DNA of 64,000 bases. Origin: the human T2T-CHM13v2.0 reference genome, Homo sapiens. The stretch lies in NCBI RefSeq assembly GCF_009914755.1, contig NC_060928.1. The stretch is one strand, 5' to 3'. The position numbers and the translations under genes are program-made. The number at the start of each line of letters is the position of its first letter. The stretch's first letter is position 1. The notes under the pieces are model-generated. The model was not told where the DNA came from. It searched no databases and worked only from the letters and a program-made list of their open reading frames with translations. This document shows, piece by piece, positions 1 to 13,124 of this stretch.

Positions 1-2814
1 AAAATTCACAGAAATGAAATAGTATTTAAATAATTATATATCTTTCTAACTTAGTTTCATGGTGTACTATAGATAGTAAGTGCTTAGAATTTCAAATAAA
101 GAGATGACACTCATATTGCAAAGGCTCCATATTTTATTTATAATTTTAGCTGAGGCATTACAAATATTTTTGCTTATTATTCTTTTTTAGATGCTAAGAT
201 CCTAGGATTTTGGGGAATATAGAAATGACATCTGGGTGTGCACTACTAAAGTGGATCTAATTTTGAAAGTTTAGGATTCATCTATTTGGACAATATCTGT
301 ATTAGTTGTGCATTTCTTCATGTATCTGTAAGAATTGGAGTAGGCAAAAAACTTACTTGAACGTTCCTTCACCTTGTAGCCTTAAAATTATTGTTTCTGT
401 TTTAAGTAATACTAGTTATAGAGGTAGTGCTGGGTACCAAGTGGAGAAATCAGAAATAGAAAGTGGCTCACTCAGCATTAATTGCAGTTTGGTATCACAC
501 TTCCCAATTGGACATATATTCTGTTGCCTTTACACCTATTTTTGTTGGAGAATATATGTTTTCCTTAAATCTGCTTTTGACATAGAAATACATGTAAAAT
601 ACTTAAAAATATCTTAGCCTCTGTTTTAAAAACCAAATGATGAAGGCAACTGCTCATCTAGGTGTTGTGTGAAATATGGAAACCTGTGCATTCATAAAGT
701 CTATCTTCCGCTAATCAACTGTCTAAAAAAGTTCCATCCTTGTCCATAAATTTAGCTCCTTAAAGACATTGCTTTTCTAGTTTTCAGTTGTACCACTGCA
801 ACTCAGGATGCAAAATAAAATTGGGAATTTTGTTTTTATTCATGATTCATAAGTGATCACATACATTCCATATCTTCTCTAACAACAGTGTCTATTGACA
901 AATCTTAAGGAAATTGCTAAAAGTATGATGCTTCCTCTATTCCATTTTTCAAAGCCATATTGAATCCAGACATTTGGCCCAGACATTGATGCCATATTGT
1001 TAAAACACATTTGTATAAATTCCAAAAAGAATATCTGACTTTCTGATAGAGTATTCTGCTTTGTAAAAATTCATATTCTTGTTTCTATTTAATGAAACTT
1101 GTATTGCTGGAGTACTTAGTAGCCACTTAGAACTGCTCCGTGATCTTAGCAAGAAAAAAATAATAAAGTAACTGTTCTTACATTTAAAATATGTAATTTT
1201 CTGCTGAACAAACAAAACAGAATAAAGTTGTCTAAAAAATTTTATGTTCCATATGACTTAACACCTTCTGGTATACCATATAATTTAGCATTATATATCT
1301 AAACTTTCTCCCAGCCACTTGAATGAGAGCAGAGAACCTTTCTTTCTTTGCAAGTATACATACACGCTTGGAATATTTGGCTTCACCTCAAATCTCCTTG
1401 CTTTTTTTCTGTCTTTCTTTGTACCATGATGCATCCCATGAGCCTAAAAGTACTTAGAACACAGAGTGATCAATAAGTGTGTATGGGATGAATGCTAGTA
1501 GCGTTTGAAACTGATGGAAATCAGTTACAAGGAGGTAGGTGCTCAACACTCATGTCCCCAGGGTAAAGAAATTTCCAGTGTTGCTGTAATTACTGTCAGT
1601 TGACTGAGATGAATAGGAAATCATGTTCAAATACAAAAATGTTTTCCTTAGTTACCGAACCATTGTATACAGCTGGGTTTTGGAGCCTTTGGGGTTAGAT
1701 GATGATACAACAAGAATAAGACTGCAATATGAAGAATACTTTGAGCTTGGAAAAAATCTTATCCTCTTGGGTTTAAAAAACATTAATGGCTTTCATTTTT
1801 CCTGTTAATTAATCAACAAGCCATCACTAACTATTTATGATTAACTAACCAGAAAATGACAGGCTGAATGAAGGGAATCATAAAATCTCCACAAATTTCT
1901 TAAGCAGCAGAAGAAAAATTCTTGACTAAATTATCTGCTTTTTTTGGGATAGGTCACTTCAGGAAGTCTGAAATTTTATCTGATTTATCAATATTATAGA
2001 TTATTGAACTTGGACCAGAAGTATAAATTTAGACACTAAAATGTGTGTTGAACTGGCTAATTCTCACAACTTTTCCTCTAGAATCCCCAAGAAGCATTTA
2101 AGTTATTATTCTTTCTCATTATTACTAATTTCACCTAAGCCGAGTAGAAAGCTATGCAGTTATAAACAGTCCATTTAATGATATAATGGGATGAAGCCAG
2201 AACTGTCTTACTACTGTTAAGGGAAATATGAATGTAGAATCATTAATGTGATTCTTACATTAATGTGAATGTAAGTGACACATTTGCAATGACAGGCTGA
2301 TAATATTCTTATTTGAATTAAGAGATTAGCTAGATTCATAATCATGTATACTATTGATTCATTTTCAATTGCTACCTCTATTTTCTATTTTCACTTAGAA
2401 GTAACAAACAGCAAAAGTATTTTGACATCTCTTTTGTAGAGATAACTATTATCATTACAATGCTGACATCCTGGCATTGAAAGGTAATGTTAATTTGAAT
2501 AAGCATCTGACTTAGACATACATGTACAGTCATTTTGTACTGCCTAATGTACTCCATTCAGACCATCAAATATGGTTACAGACTAAATGATGTTAAACAA
2601 TCCTGATACTTCTGTGGGAATTTTATTTGAATTCTCCAAAATGATCTTCCCAATTATTCATTTTTATCAGAATGCTTCTGTTTTTATTTGTTTTTATTTC
2701 CTATATGGTGCATTTAATTGTTACAAATGTTTTTTAAAATCTCTCTGTAACTTACTATGCAAAAAACTTTTTTTTGATGTATTAAATGACAACTCAGTAA
2801 AGATTTAAAGTAGA

Positions 2815-2935
2815 AACTTGGGTTGTCCACTGACTGGCTGAGTGAGTTTCCTGAACCTTAGTTTTCTTATTCTTAAAATAGGGAGAAAAATACTTACCTT
2901 AAAGAATTAATGTGCAATATAAATGAAATGACTCA
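2815..2935 (+). mobile_element. MIR core fragment
   Basis: Degenerate MIR core (cctgaaccttagttttcttattcttaaaatagggaga...cttacct...aaatgaaatg); boundaries approximate. Confidence 0.5.
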
Positions 2936-3071
2936 TACAAGTCATATGCAATATGCATATAGTATTTATATTCATGAAGAAACAAAAAACTAGAATGATC
3001 ATAATATTGCTGACATTTCCATAGGAAACTTATCTTAAGAGATCATAATCCAGGTTCTCTGATTTCCCAGT

Positions 3072-3434
3072 TTATATGGTTTGGCTCTGTATCCCCACTC
3101 AAATCTCACCTTGAATTGTAATCCCCATAATCTCCACATGTCAAGGGCAGGACCAGGTAGAGGTAATCAGATCATGGATGCAGTTTCCCCTATGCCGTTC
3201 TTGTGATAGTGAGTGAGTTCTCAGATCTGATGGTTTTATAAGCGTCTGGTGTTTCCCCTGCTTGCACTCATTCTCTTTCCCGTTGCCCCTGTGAAGAGGT
3301 GCCTTCCACCACGACTGTAAGTTTCCTGAGTCCCCCCAAATCATGCAGAACTGTGAGTCAATTAAATCCCTTTTCTTTATAAATTACTCAGACCTGAGTA
3401 TTTCTTTATAGCAACGTAAGAAAGAACTAATACA
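3072..3434 (+). mobile_element. THE1-family solo LTR (THE1D-like, MaLR)
   Basis: Starts t(t)atatggtttggctctgt and ends actaataca; 5-bp TSD ccagt (3067-3071)/gcagt (3435-3439). Confidence 0.9.
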
Positions 3435-5989
3435 GCAGTTTTCTGTCATGTTATATTGTTATGACTCATAACTAATTCCCAATTTTGTGTATGAAAAGAC
3501 TTTTTCAAGATAAGAACACCTTTAAGTAATAGAAACATCCAAGAGGCCTTTTAAGGACTGATCTTAGCTCTCCTCTCTGTTTCCTAGGTTCTAGCTTCTG
3601 CATCAAGCCAAGTCCCCCTCCTTGTACCTGTCAGAGAATGGTCAGCCAAAAATCAAATAAGCACATCTCATTTTTATTACAACAAATTCCTTAGGTTATT
3701 TAAAGAAGACCGATACTAAAAATTAAAATTTCATTCGGTATGTGTTCCTCACTAGTTTAAATTGAGAACTCAAACTACTTGCCAATGTACTTCTTTTCAT
3801 GCAGGCAAAATTAGAAAATGATTCTAGATAATTTCTTTTTCATGTGTTCATAGGTGGCCTCATAGAGCAAAACAAAAATTAAAAAGTCATGTTTAGAAGA
3901 AATATCTACTTACTTTTACTCAAATGAGTTCATAAATATCAATGGTGCTGCAGGGTATTGTATTAAATAGGTACTTCTGGTACCTATGAGGCAGCTACCT
4001 GACCTAGCAATGTTGTATTTTGTTGCTTAAATGTCTCTACCATGGACAAAGTCATTTAGATATTTTTCACTTCCTCCTATTTTCCGCTTATCCAGGATAA
4101 TGATGTGACCTATTTGCCAATATGATTCATTTTCTAACTTCGGAGCTTTTGCTTATGTGGAGTATTTTTCACTTCCACCAAAGCCCTATTGCAAAACTAG
4201 TATTCCCACTAACTAGTCCTCTTATAAACCCAAAACTTCCACAATGTTTTTCCAGATTATTTAAGAGGAGAAAATTTATTGTTTCATATTATTTTCTTTC
4301 TACTTCTCCTAGCATGTTTATATCAAGGAGACAGAATGAGAAAAAAACAAAAAGAGTTATGTTACCCAAGTTGCTAAAGGAAAAATATATCTGTCAGATA
4401 GGTGATAATATTATCAAAAATTCATAAACCCAGCTCTAAGGAGTATGAAACTTATCACTGTTTTAATTGGTTGGTGATTAATTTTTTTTTCAGTATGGCA
4501 GAACATAGCCTACCACATTGATGTCTAAGTAATCAGAATATTGAAGCATAAATATTACACCCAAGAAAGCTATGTAAATTAATTCAGTCTTGTATTGTTT
4601 TTGTGAAACTTTTCCTAACTTCCTGCAAGATAGTAAAGGCTTAGAGGGAAGGAACTTTTATTTATCTTCATGTTTCTCACATAAATAAACATGCACAATG
4701 CCTTATCTATAGTACAGACACAGAAGGTAATGCATTGAAGTGAATACTCCATTAGCTTGCTCTATACACTCAGAGAGAACTATGACTCATTATAAAAGAA
4801 TTATGTTAGCGATGTTCTTTTCTGCCCACTCCAACCATCAAAATCCTGATTATAATAGACAAATAATTCCCCCTGGTTCTAGGGGTTTTAAACTTGCATC
4901 TTTTTGAAGAGGATTAAAGGATTTGTTGGAAATGACAGGCTATGTTGAAAATTATATGTAGTCTATGATACACAGGCATATATAATATGTTGTGGTAGTC
5001 ATCTCTAGGTATCCTCCACTGATGACAACTTCTAAGTAGTATGGCTAATGGAATCATTTTGCTTTATACTGGATTCCTATACTTAGAGGACCTAAGGATT
5101 AATCACTTCCACCAGTGGTTCTTATCCCTTGCCTGCTTTCCTGTCATGCCCTCTAGTTTCAGAATTCTTGCAGCTGTCCACAAAACTTGGTGTTTGCTTT
5201 GCTAAATGCAAAAACGGATGCTTCACACTGTAACTTTCTCTTTGTCTATCCCCAAAGTGAGCATCCTATATCTACAGCCTCTTCTGGAGATTAGCTTTTT
5301 TCTGCATGCTGTGTGCTATGATAGAGGTTTTCTAAAACCTGTTTTAGTGGAAAGAATCACTTCCAGCTTAGAATCCAAGTTGAAAATGAATTCCCCAAAG
5401 TGCAGAGATGAGGAGGTCATGGCTCACACTGTGCAACCCCATTAACTATTCCCTGGGGAACAGATACTCTGGAGTAGCACATACCTCATGCCTTTGATGA
5501 AGGCCTTAGGGAAACATTGTTTTTAAAAGAAAACAGATTCTGGGCAAGAATTAAAAGCAGTCTCATACCATAAGTGCTAGAATTCAGGCTTTTAAGCCTC
5601 ATTGCTCTCAGATACATCATCAAAGTGACATTGCTGATACAGGAGCTTTTGTGGTCTGACTATAGTTTTGCAATTAGAGAGTTTCCTTTTTTAATATGCC
5701 CCTAAACTTTATCAATAGAGTATTTGGTGGTCTTGCTTCCATTTCCCTGGGAAACTGCTTCATGGTATGTTATATTTTTCCTTTTTGGCAAAGGACTCTT
5801 GCTGGTAAATAAATTCCCTGTAGACCTTGGGCTTGAATTTGGCTTGCCCTTTTCAGAGGAGTTACCTCATCCACCAAGCCTCATGATTAGGCGTGACTTG
5901 TGATTTCCCCCTATTGTGTGGCCTAAACTTTGGGTCGAGTTGAAAATGCATCTTGTTTATCTCATATCATAATCACACAAGATTGAGAA

Positions 5990-6110
5990 AGTAAACTTCA
6001 TGAAGATGAGGTCAAGGTCTATTTTGTTTGCTGTTATATCACAAATACTGGGCACAGCTTCTGGAGTGAATTAGGTACATGATGCATATTTGTTAATGAA
6101 TGGGTGGATT
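5990..6110 (+). mobile_element. L2 3' end fragment
   Basis: aaacttcatgaag...gtctattttgtttgctg...gcacag...atatttgttaatgaatg resembles the L2 terminus. Confidence 0.5.
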
Positions 6111-6269
6111 CATATATCTATTTTTTACTTATTTGCTTCACTGAGATATTTAATTAGTTGTGCGTTTTTGTGAATGCCTATAGGTTTGGCTTCCATAGGA
6201 ATTAGCAGGTAATAGAACAGCTGTTATGAAGCACTGTGGATTTAATCATAAGCAGTCTTGCTTCTGAGT

Positions 6270-6490
6270 CCTTGTAGGAGCTCTAGATTTGTATCCTGGT
6301 CCGCTGTGTACTAGTGGTGTGACCATTTAGATTCTCCTTCACCTCTCAATTCCATTATTTGTAAAATGAAACTAATACTCATATCTACTTCCTACTTTAT
6401 GAGAAATAATTGAGATGCTACATAGTAACTTCTTAGGATTGATTCTGCTTGCACAGAAAGTGCTCCATAAAAGCAAGTGATTAATATTAT
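6270..6490 (+). mobile_element. MIR
   Basis: gtatcctggtccgc...ctagtggtgtgacc...tttgtaaaatgaa...gcacagaaagtgctccataaa. Confidence 0.6.
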
Positions 6491-7761
6491 CATCATAAAT
6501 TTAAAAGTTTATTATAATTCTTATTTGGATATTCATTCATTAAGAAAACTCTTACTGGACACCTGGCTTTTCCAAATAAAGAAGATTTGAAGCACAATAA
6601 CTGTAAATAAATAATAGCATTATCAAAGGTCTTAGCTTATTCATGGAATGGTAAAACATTCAGAGTAGCATTCCTTCCTTTTATTTTCTTGCTGAGAATT
6701 TTGAACTTACTTCCTAGGCAACAGGTAATCACAGAGGTTTTCCAGAAAATGTATCCTAAAATATGGAAGTCAGGAGGAAAGGAATTATTGTCGTAAAGGC
6801 TGTTAGGAGGTATATAATACCTCAGAATCCTGATGAGGTATTTAGTAAACTTGTAATTGATATGTCTGGAAGGCCCTTGGGGAGGTGATCAGTGAAGGAC
6901 CTATACTTATCAAAAAATCTTCTTTTTGCCAATCTTATGTGTCAATGTTATTATCTTTCAAGAATATCTTCCAAATCTGTAATTTAAGTATATACTTCTG
7001 ATTCTTTTATCAAAAGTCACGGACAACTGTTATTCTATGTTGTAATCTAATGCCATAGCATTAGCTATGTGTTTTGAAATGTTATACAAACCTGTGTTTT
7101 GAAATGTTAACTTGCATAATTGTTTAAGAGGTATATTTTCTCAACTCAATTCACTTCCAAAATGTGATGGCAACTAGATCATCTGACATTAAGAGGAACT
7201 GATTTGACTATTATGCTGGTTCCAAAGAATGATGAAATGAGGGTAAAGTTAAATGACATAAATTACAATGTAAGAAAGTAAAGTATCTTCATTTATCATC
7301 TTACCTGATTTTTCAGGAATTTAACCTTTCATTTTTTTTTATTTTTTGCCTCATGAGAATATCTACATCTTAGAATTCTGCTAAGAAATCAAACATCTCA
7401 TTGAATAAACTAATGATGATAAATCACAAAGCTATAACAAATTTTAAGATGTCTTCAGACCCTTTCAATGTATGCAGTGAGGACTATTTACACATGGACC
7501 CAAAAGGATTGTCAGTAATTTAAAAATAAAGCAAAATAAAACAAAACAAACCTAAAACTACATGAGGCAAATACTTACTATCTGTCTTTATTATTAATGA
7601 AGTAGTAGTCCATAATCCTTGATATGACACTAATTACTACGCAAAATTTCTTACCCTTCTGCAAGAATTTTCTGCACTCAACTGTTGAAAACCTTTCTGT
7701 CCTTCAAGAATTACATCTCTCCTGAAATCTTCATCCAAATCTTTCCATTATGATCTTTGAT

Positions 7762-8129
7762 TGTCCTAGTCCATTTGGTCGGCTATAACAAAAGACCACA
7801 GACTAAGGAGCTGATTAACATAAGAAATTTATTTCTTACAGTACTGGAGGCTGAGAAGTCAGAAGTCAAGACAATGACATATTTGATGTCTAGTGAAGGC
7901 ACTCTTTCTAGTTCACAGATGGCATCTTCTATGTGTGGCCTCACATGGTGGAAAGGATGCATGAACTCCCCTGGGCACCTTTACAAATGCACTAATCCCA
8001 TTCATGAGGCCTTCATCCTCATGACCCACTCTTCATCTCCCTCAAAGACCTCAACTTCTAATATCATCACCTTAGGGGTGAGAGTTTTAACATATGAATT
8101 TTAGTGACACAAACATTCAGACCATAGCA
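7762..8129 (-). mobile_element. MLT1A-like solo LTR (MaLR)
   Basis: tgtcctagtccattt...ggaggctgagaagtc...aaacattcagaccatagca; TSD-like ttgat/tttat. Confidence 0.85.
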
Positions 8130-8139
8130 TTTATTTACT

Positions 8140-8575
8140 TGTTAGAGTGATCACTTTTGCTTTTCTTGCTAATCAATCATTTTCCTTTTTACTGGTAATA
8201 GCACCTTGGTTTTCTGGCATTGCATGAGGTCTCAGTGGGATGCTTATGGCTTGCCTTGCCTTGATCAAGGGGTCAGCATACAGTCAAACTAGGCTAGCAA
8301 GACTCTTTCCTAGGTATGTAATTATTCAGAAGAGTGACCCAAAGACAGAATGTTAGAGTTGATCGGCCCACCAGACTAATGCTGCGGAGAGCACAACCAT
8401 TAGTTTCCCCACCTAGACTATCAGAGCTTGTTCTGCCCCCTGTTAGGAGATTCATGGGTTTTTTTTTCCTGCTTTTTATACGAATATGTAAGCTGTCTTG
8501 TGACTTCCAATCAACTGATTTGGCATGAGATACCAGAGTAGAATTCTGTTTGATTACCAAAGAAAAATGACTCCC
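8140..8575 (+). mobile_element. Old MLT1-type LTR (MLT1K/L-like), degenerate
   Basis: 3' end ccagagtagaattctgtttgattaccaaagaaaaatgact resembles old MLT1 termini. Confidence 0.4.
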
Positions 8576-8874
8576 TGTATTAGGTAATTTTTACTATATA
8601 ATAATTATACGCTCCACTCTAATATAATATACTATATATATTATAATGTAATTTAGAATCCTTCAGGACTAGAACCAAATAGGACATTTTATTTTTACAG
8701 CATCCCTCAACATAGCAGTCAGCTGTATTTTATGCTTAATAAATAATTGTGTAAATGATGCCTTGTTTTCAAAAATGACTTGCAGCTTTCAATTTACTTC
8801 ATGAAATGAACTTAATTTGTTTTCATATTCACTGTGTGCATTTTCCCAAGGCAGGTATTATAATCATGCCTAAA

Positions 8875-9080
8875 GGCAGCATGGTAAATATGTAAGAGCC
8901 CAGGCAGAGTGAGGTATGAACCCTACTCCGTTACTTATAAGCTCTGTCTGCTGGGGCATCTTATTCAATGTCCCTATAGTTTATCTCCTCCTCTATCAAA
9001 TAATAAATTAAAAAGTTCTTTCTTCAAGTTATGATGCTAGTATATGAAGATGTAAAAGGAGTAATATAAAATGGGTACTA
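8875..9080 (+). mobile_element. MIR, interrupted by an L1 insertion
   Basis: ggcagcatggta...tatgaaccctactccgttacttataagctctgt...; appears to resume as gtacttagc at ~10580. Confidence 0.55.
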
Positions 9081-9640
9081 CAATGTTTGAACTAATTTAC
9101 ACTGCCACTAATAGTGTAAAAGGGTTCTTATTTCTCCACAGCCTCACCAGCATCTGTGGTTTCCTGACATTTTAATAATTGTCAGTCTAGCTGGCATGAG
9201 ATGGTATCTCACTGTGGTTTTTATTTGCATTTCTCTAATGACCAGTGATGATGAGCTTTTTTTCATGTTTGTTGGCCACATCAATGTCTTCTTTTGAGAA
9301 TTGTCTGTTCATATCCTTTGCCCACTTTTTGATGGGGTTGTTTGTTTCTTATAAATTTGTTTAAGTTCCTTGTAGATTCTGGATATTAGCCCTTTGTCAG
9401 ATGGGTAGATTACAAAAATTTCTCCCATTCTGTAGGTTGCCTGTTTACACTGATGATAGTTTCTTTTGCTGTGCAGAAGCTCTTTAGTTTAATTAGATCC
9501 CATTTGCCAATTTGGGCTTTTGTTGCAATTGCTTTTGGTGTTTTAGTCATGAAGTCTTTGCTCACGCCTATGTCCTGAATCGTATTGCCTAGGTGTTCTT
9601 CTAGTTTTTATGGTTTTAGGTTTTACATTTAAGCCTTTAA
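9081..9640 (-). mobile_element. L1 (L1PA8-like) 5'-inverted segment of ORF2 3' region
   Basis: caatgtttgaactaatttacact... is the reverse complement of the L1 sequence immediately upstream of the sense segment that starts at 9641. Confidence 0.9.
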
Positions 9641-10254
9641 ACCACTGAGGAAGACAGTGTGGTGATTTCTCAAGGATCTAGAAACAGAAATACCATTTGA
9701 CCCAGGAATCCCATTACTAGGTATATACCCAAAGGATTATAAATCTTTCTACTATAAAGACACATGCACATGTAGGTTTATTGCAGCACTATTTACAATA
9801 GCGAAGACTTGGAACCAACCCAAATGCCCATAATTAATAGACTGGATAAAGAAAATGTTGCACATATGTACCATGGAATACTATGCAGCCATAAAAAAGA
9901 ATGAGTTTACATTCTTTTCAGGGACATGGATGAAGCTGGAAACCATCATTCTCAGCAAACTAACACAGGAACAGAAAACCAAACACCATGTGTTCTCACT
10001 CATAAGTTACAGTTGAACAATGAGAATACATGGATACAGGGAGGGGAACATCATACACTGGGGCCTGACCGGGGCTGCAGGGACAAAGGGAGGGAGAGCA
10101 TTAGGACAAATACATAATGCATGCGGGGCTTAAAACCTAGATGACAGGTTGATGGGTGCAGCAAAGCACCATGGCACATGTATAGCTATATAACAAACCT
10201 GCACGTTCTGCATATGTATCCCAGAACTTAAAGTTAAAAAGAAGAAGAAAAAAG
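9641..10254 (+). mobile_element. L1 (L1PA8-like) ORF2 end, 3'UTR and A-rich tail
   Basis: accactgaggaagacagtgtgg...gggagagcattaggacaaatac...gcggggcttaaaacctagatgac...cccagaacttaaagt then A-rich tail. Confidence 0.9.
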
Positions 10255-10587
10255 AATTCCAGATGTTTAAAATCAAACAAAATTTAAGATTGTCTTTGGC
10301 TACTACTGGCCATAGGAATTCACAGATTGTAGTGATAACAGTGATCTTATATATTTTGTTTCTCCAAGAAATGCATGGAAATCAAAGCTGATGCATGATT
10401 ACAAGGTCATCTCTCACCATGTTCCTAAACCTAGTGTCTATTATTCTCCAGATTTTATGTCGCCTTTACCTAATTTTATGATGCATTCACCTTTGCCTGG
10501 AAATCTTGTTGAAGTCACTGACAAAAATTTTTAAGAATAAATTTAAAGACTGTATTCTTTTTTAAAAAAAGGGGTACTAGTACTTAG

Positions 10588-11030
<443 letters not shown>

Positions 11031-12787
11031 CTGCTCTTTCTTTACTTATTGACATGTGGCCTCCTTTACTTATAGAAATAAGAAATTTCCTGCTCTTTGC
11101 CTATCTCTATGGATCTAATCGCCTAAGCCTTTGTTTATTTTAATCAAATAGGAAAAAATACCCAATGATTAAAAATATAAACAGCTGAAAATCATTTGTA
11201 CCAACTTAATTTCATAACCAATTAAAACCAAAAAAATTAATTAGAAGTTTTTTTAGCCTGACAACACTTAATTATTAACACTTACTTGGCTTCAAAATTT
11301 GTATCATGATTTACCAAAACAATAAATATATAAGAATTTTTAGTGGAGATCTAGGAAAGGTACAGGCTTGCAAACAACATAATTCAGTTTTCATCCCTAT
11401 GGGAGGTAAAGCGAATTTGCAGACTGCTTTTGCAGCTGGCTCATGGTAATACTTTATTTCCCAAGTCTTAAGCTTTGGGTGCACTATGTACAACGAAGGC
11501 AATAGGAAGCTTTCTGAGCTGCGGCTGAGAAAAAAGCAAATCTATTTGTCATTCTATAAGTAAAGCTGGCCCTGAGCATGAGGTTGGTATAAATATATCT
11601 TCATCTTGCTGCTCGTCACACCAACCACCCCTTCTCAATCAACCCCAAATCACAGTACAATTTGAACATATAATAGAAAGTTATTCTACTATAACAGGTG
11701 TATTAGTCCAGTGAGTTGTATAAGACATGTATGGTGTTTCTTTAGTACTTAATATTTCATCCTTTTCAGGACTAACTGGGCAAAAGTTCCCAGGGTTTTT
11801 CCTAAATTTTTAATAGGAGAAAAAGTGGAAAATAGTTTAGCTTTTTCTACCACAAAATTAAGTTTGTTACAGCTTAATTTTCAGGTGAACACACAGGAGT
11901 TTAGCTGTATTTACAGGATTGACTATTTTTCAACATTCATGATAGGAGAATTTTTCCTCTAATTTTAACAAGAACTGGATTCTTTAATTTTAAATTGCTT
12001 ACATTGAATTTAATTATTAAAATTGAATTTCTTAAACATTTTAATTTCTTATTAATTCTATAAATATTTATGGGATACCTATTATGTGATTGTCACTATA
12101 CTGCCTACAAAGAAGAATAATTCATCACTCTTTCTATTCATTGTTTGCTAAATATTTTTGAGTGTTCACTTTTTTCCAGGCACTGGTGATACAATAGAGA
12201 ACAATACACACAAATGGCCCCTCTTTCATGCTTACATTAAACAGAGGAGACAGTCTATAGACCTAATAAACACATTACATAATATCATAGAGATTAATAA
12301 GGTAAGGTTGCTGGGCCTGCTGATAGGGTGGTTTGCAGTTTAAATAGGGTGGTAATGGCAGGTGTTTCTAAGCTATTGGGATCTTACCAGAGTTTTAAAG
12401 AGAAGGAGATAGTGAGCCATAGGCATATATGGCAGAAGTGGCAAGCAACACCAATATCTTGGGAAGAAAGCATGTCTGAGGTAGTAGAGGAAGAACTAGG
12501 AGGCCCACATGGTTGGGGAGAAGAGAGTGGGAGGTTGAACAATGAGTGACAAGTCCTTGTTTTTATTGAGCTCATAGTCCAGTGGGAAAAGGCAAGAATA
12601 CTGATCCTAAAAGTGCAGGGTTTACTATATTCAAACTAATCTTAGGTATGAATGGGGCTTCTGAATAAGACTAGAGGCATCCTAGAGGTGGTGACCAAGA
12701 GATAAGTGAGATCTGAAGGTTGAGTACAAGTTAGCTGGATAAGATGGTGGGGGCAATCCAGAAAAAATAAAACAGAAACAGGTATAT

Positions 12788-13041
12788 GGCTGAGGTGGGT
12801 GGAAGACTTGAGGTCAGGAGTTCGAAACCAGCCTGGCCAACATGGTGAAACCTCGTCTCCACTAAAAATACAAAAATTAGCCAGGTGTGGTGGTATGCGT
12901 TTGTAATCTCAGCTACTCGGGAGGCTGAGGCAGAGAATCGCTTGAACTCGGGAGGCAGAGCTTGCAGTGAGCTGAGATCGCGTCACTGCACTCCAGCCTG
13001 GGTGACAGAGTGAGACTCTATCTCAAAAAAAAAAAAAAAAA
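12788..13041 (+). mobile_element. 5'-truncated AluSx-like element
   Basis: Starts at ggctgaggtgggtgg; TSD aaacaggtatatg (12776-12788)/aaataggtatatg (13125-13137). Confidence 0.93.
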
Positions 13042-13124
13042 GAAGAAGAAGAAGGAGAGATAGAAAAAAGAGAGAGAAAAGAAATAAAGAAAGAAAGAGA
13101 AAGAAAAAAAGAAAAAAAAGAAAT
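13025..13124 (+). repeat. A/GA-rich low-complexity Alu tail
   Basis: About 100 nt of almost pure purines between the Alu body and the 3' TSD. Confidence 0.9.

Noticed and set aside
4061-4176. 14-bp direct repeat tatttttcacttcc flanking 88 bp (possible TSD or small-RNA retrocopy)
   Set aside because: The insert has no poly(A/T) tail and no recognisable snoRNA or snRNA boxes.
7068-7109. 17-bp direct repeat tgtgttttgaaatgtta (similar case at 37209-37244)
   Set aside because: These look like ordinary short slippage duplications with no further structure.
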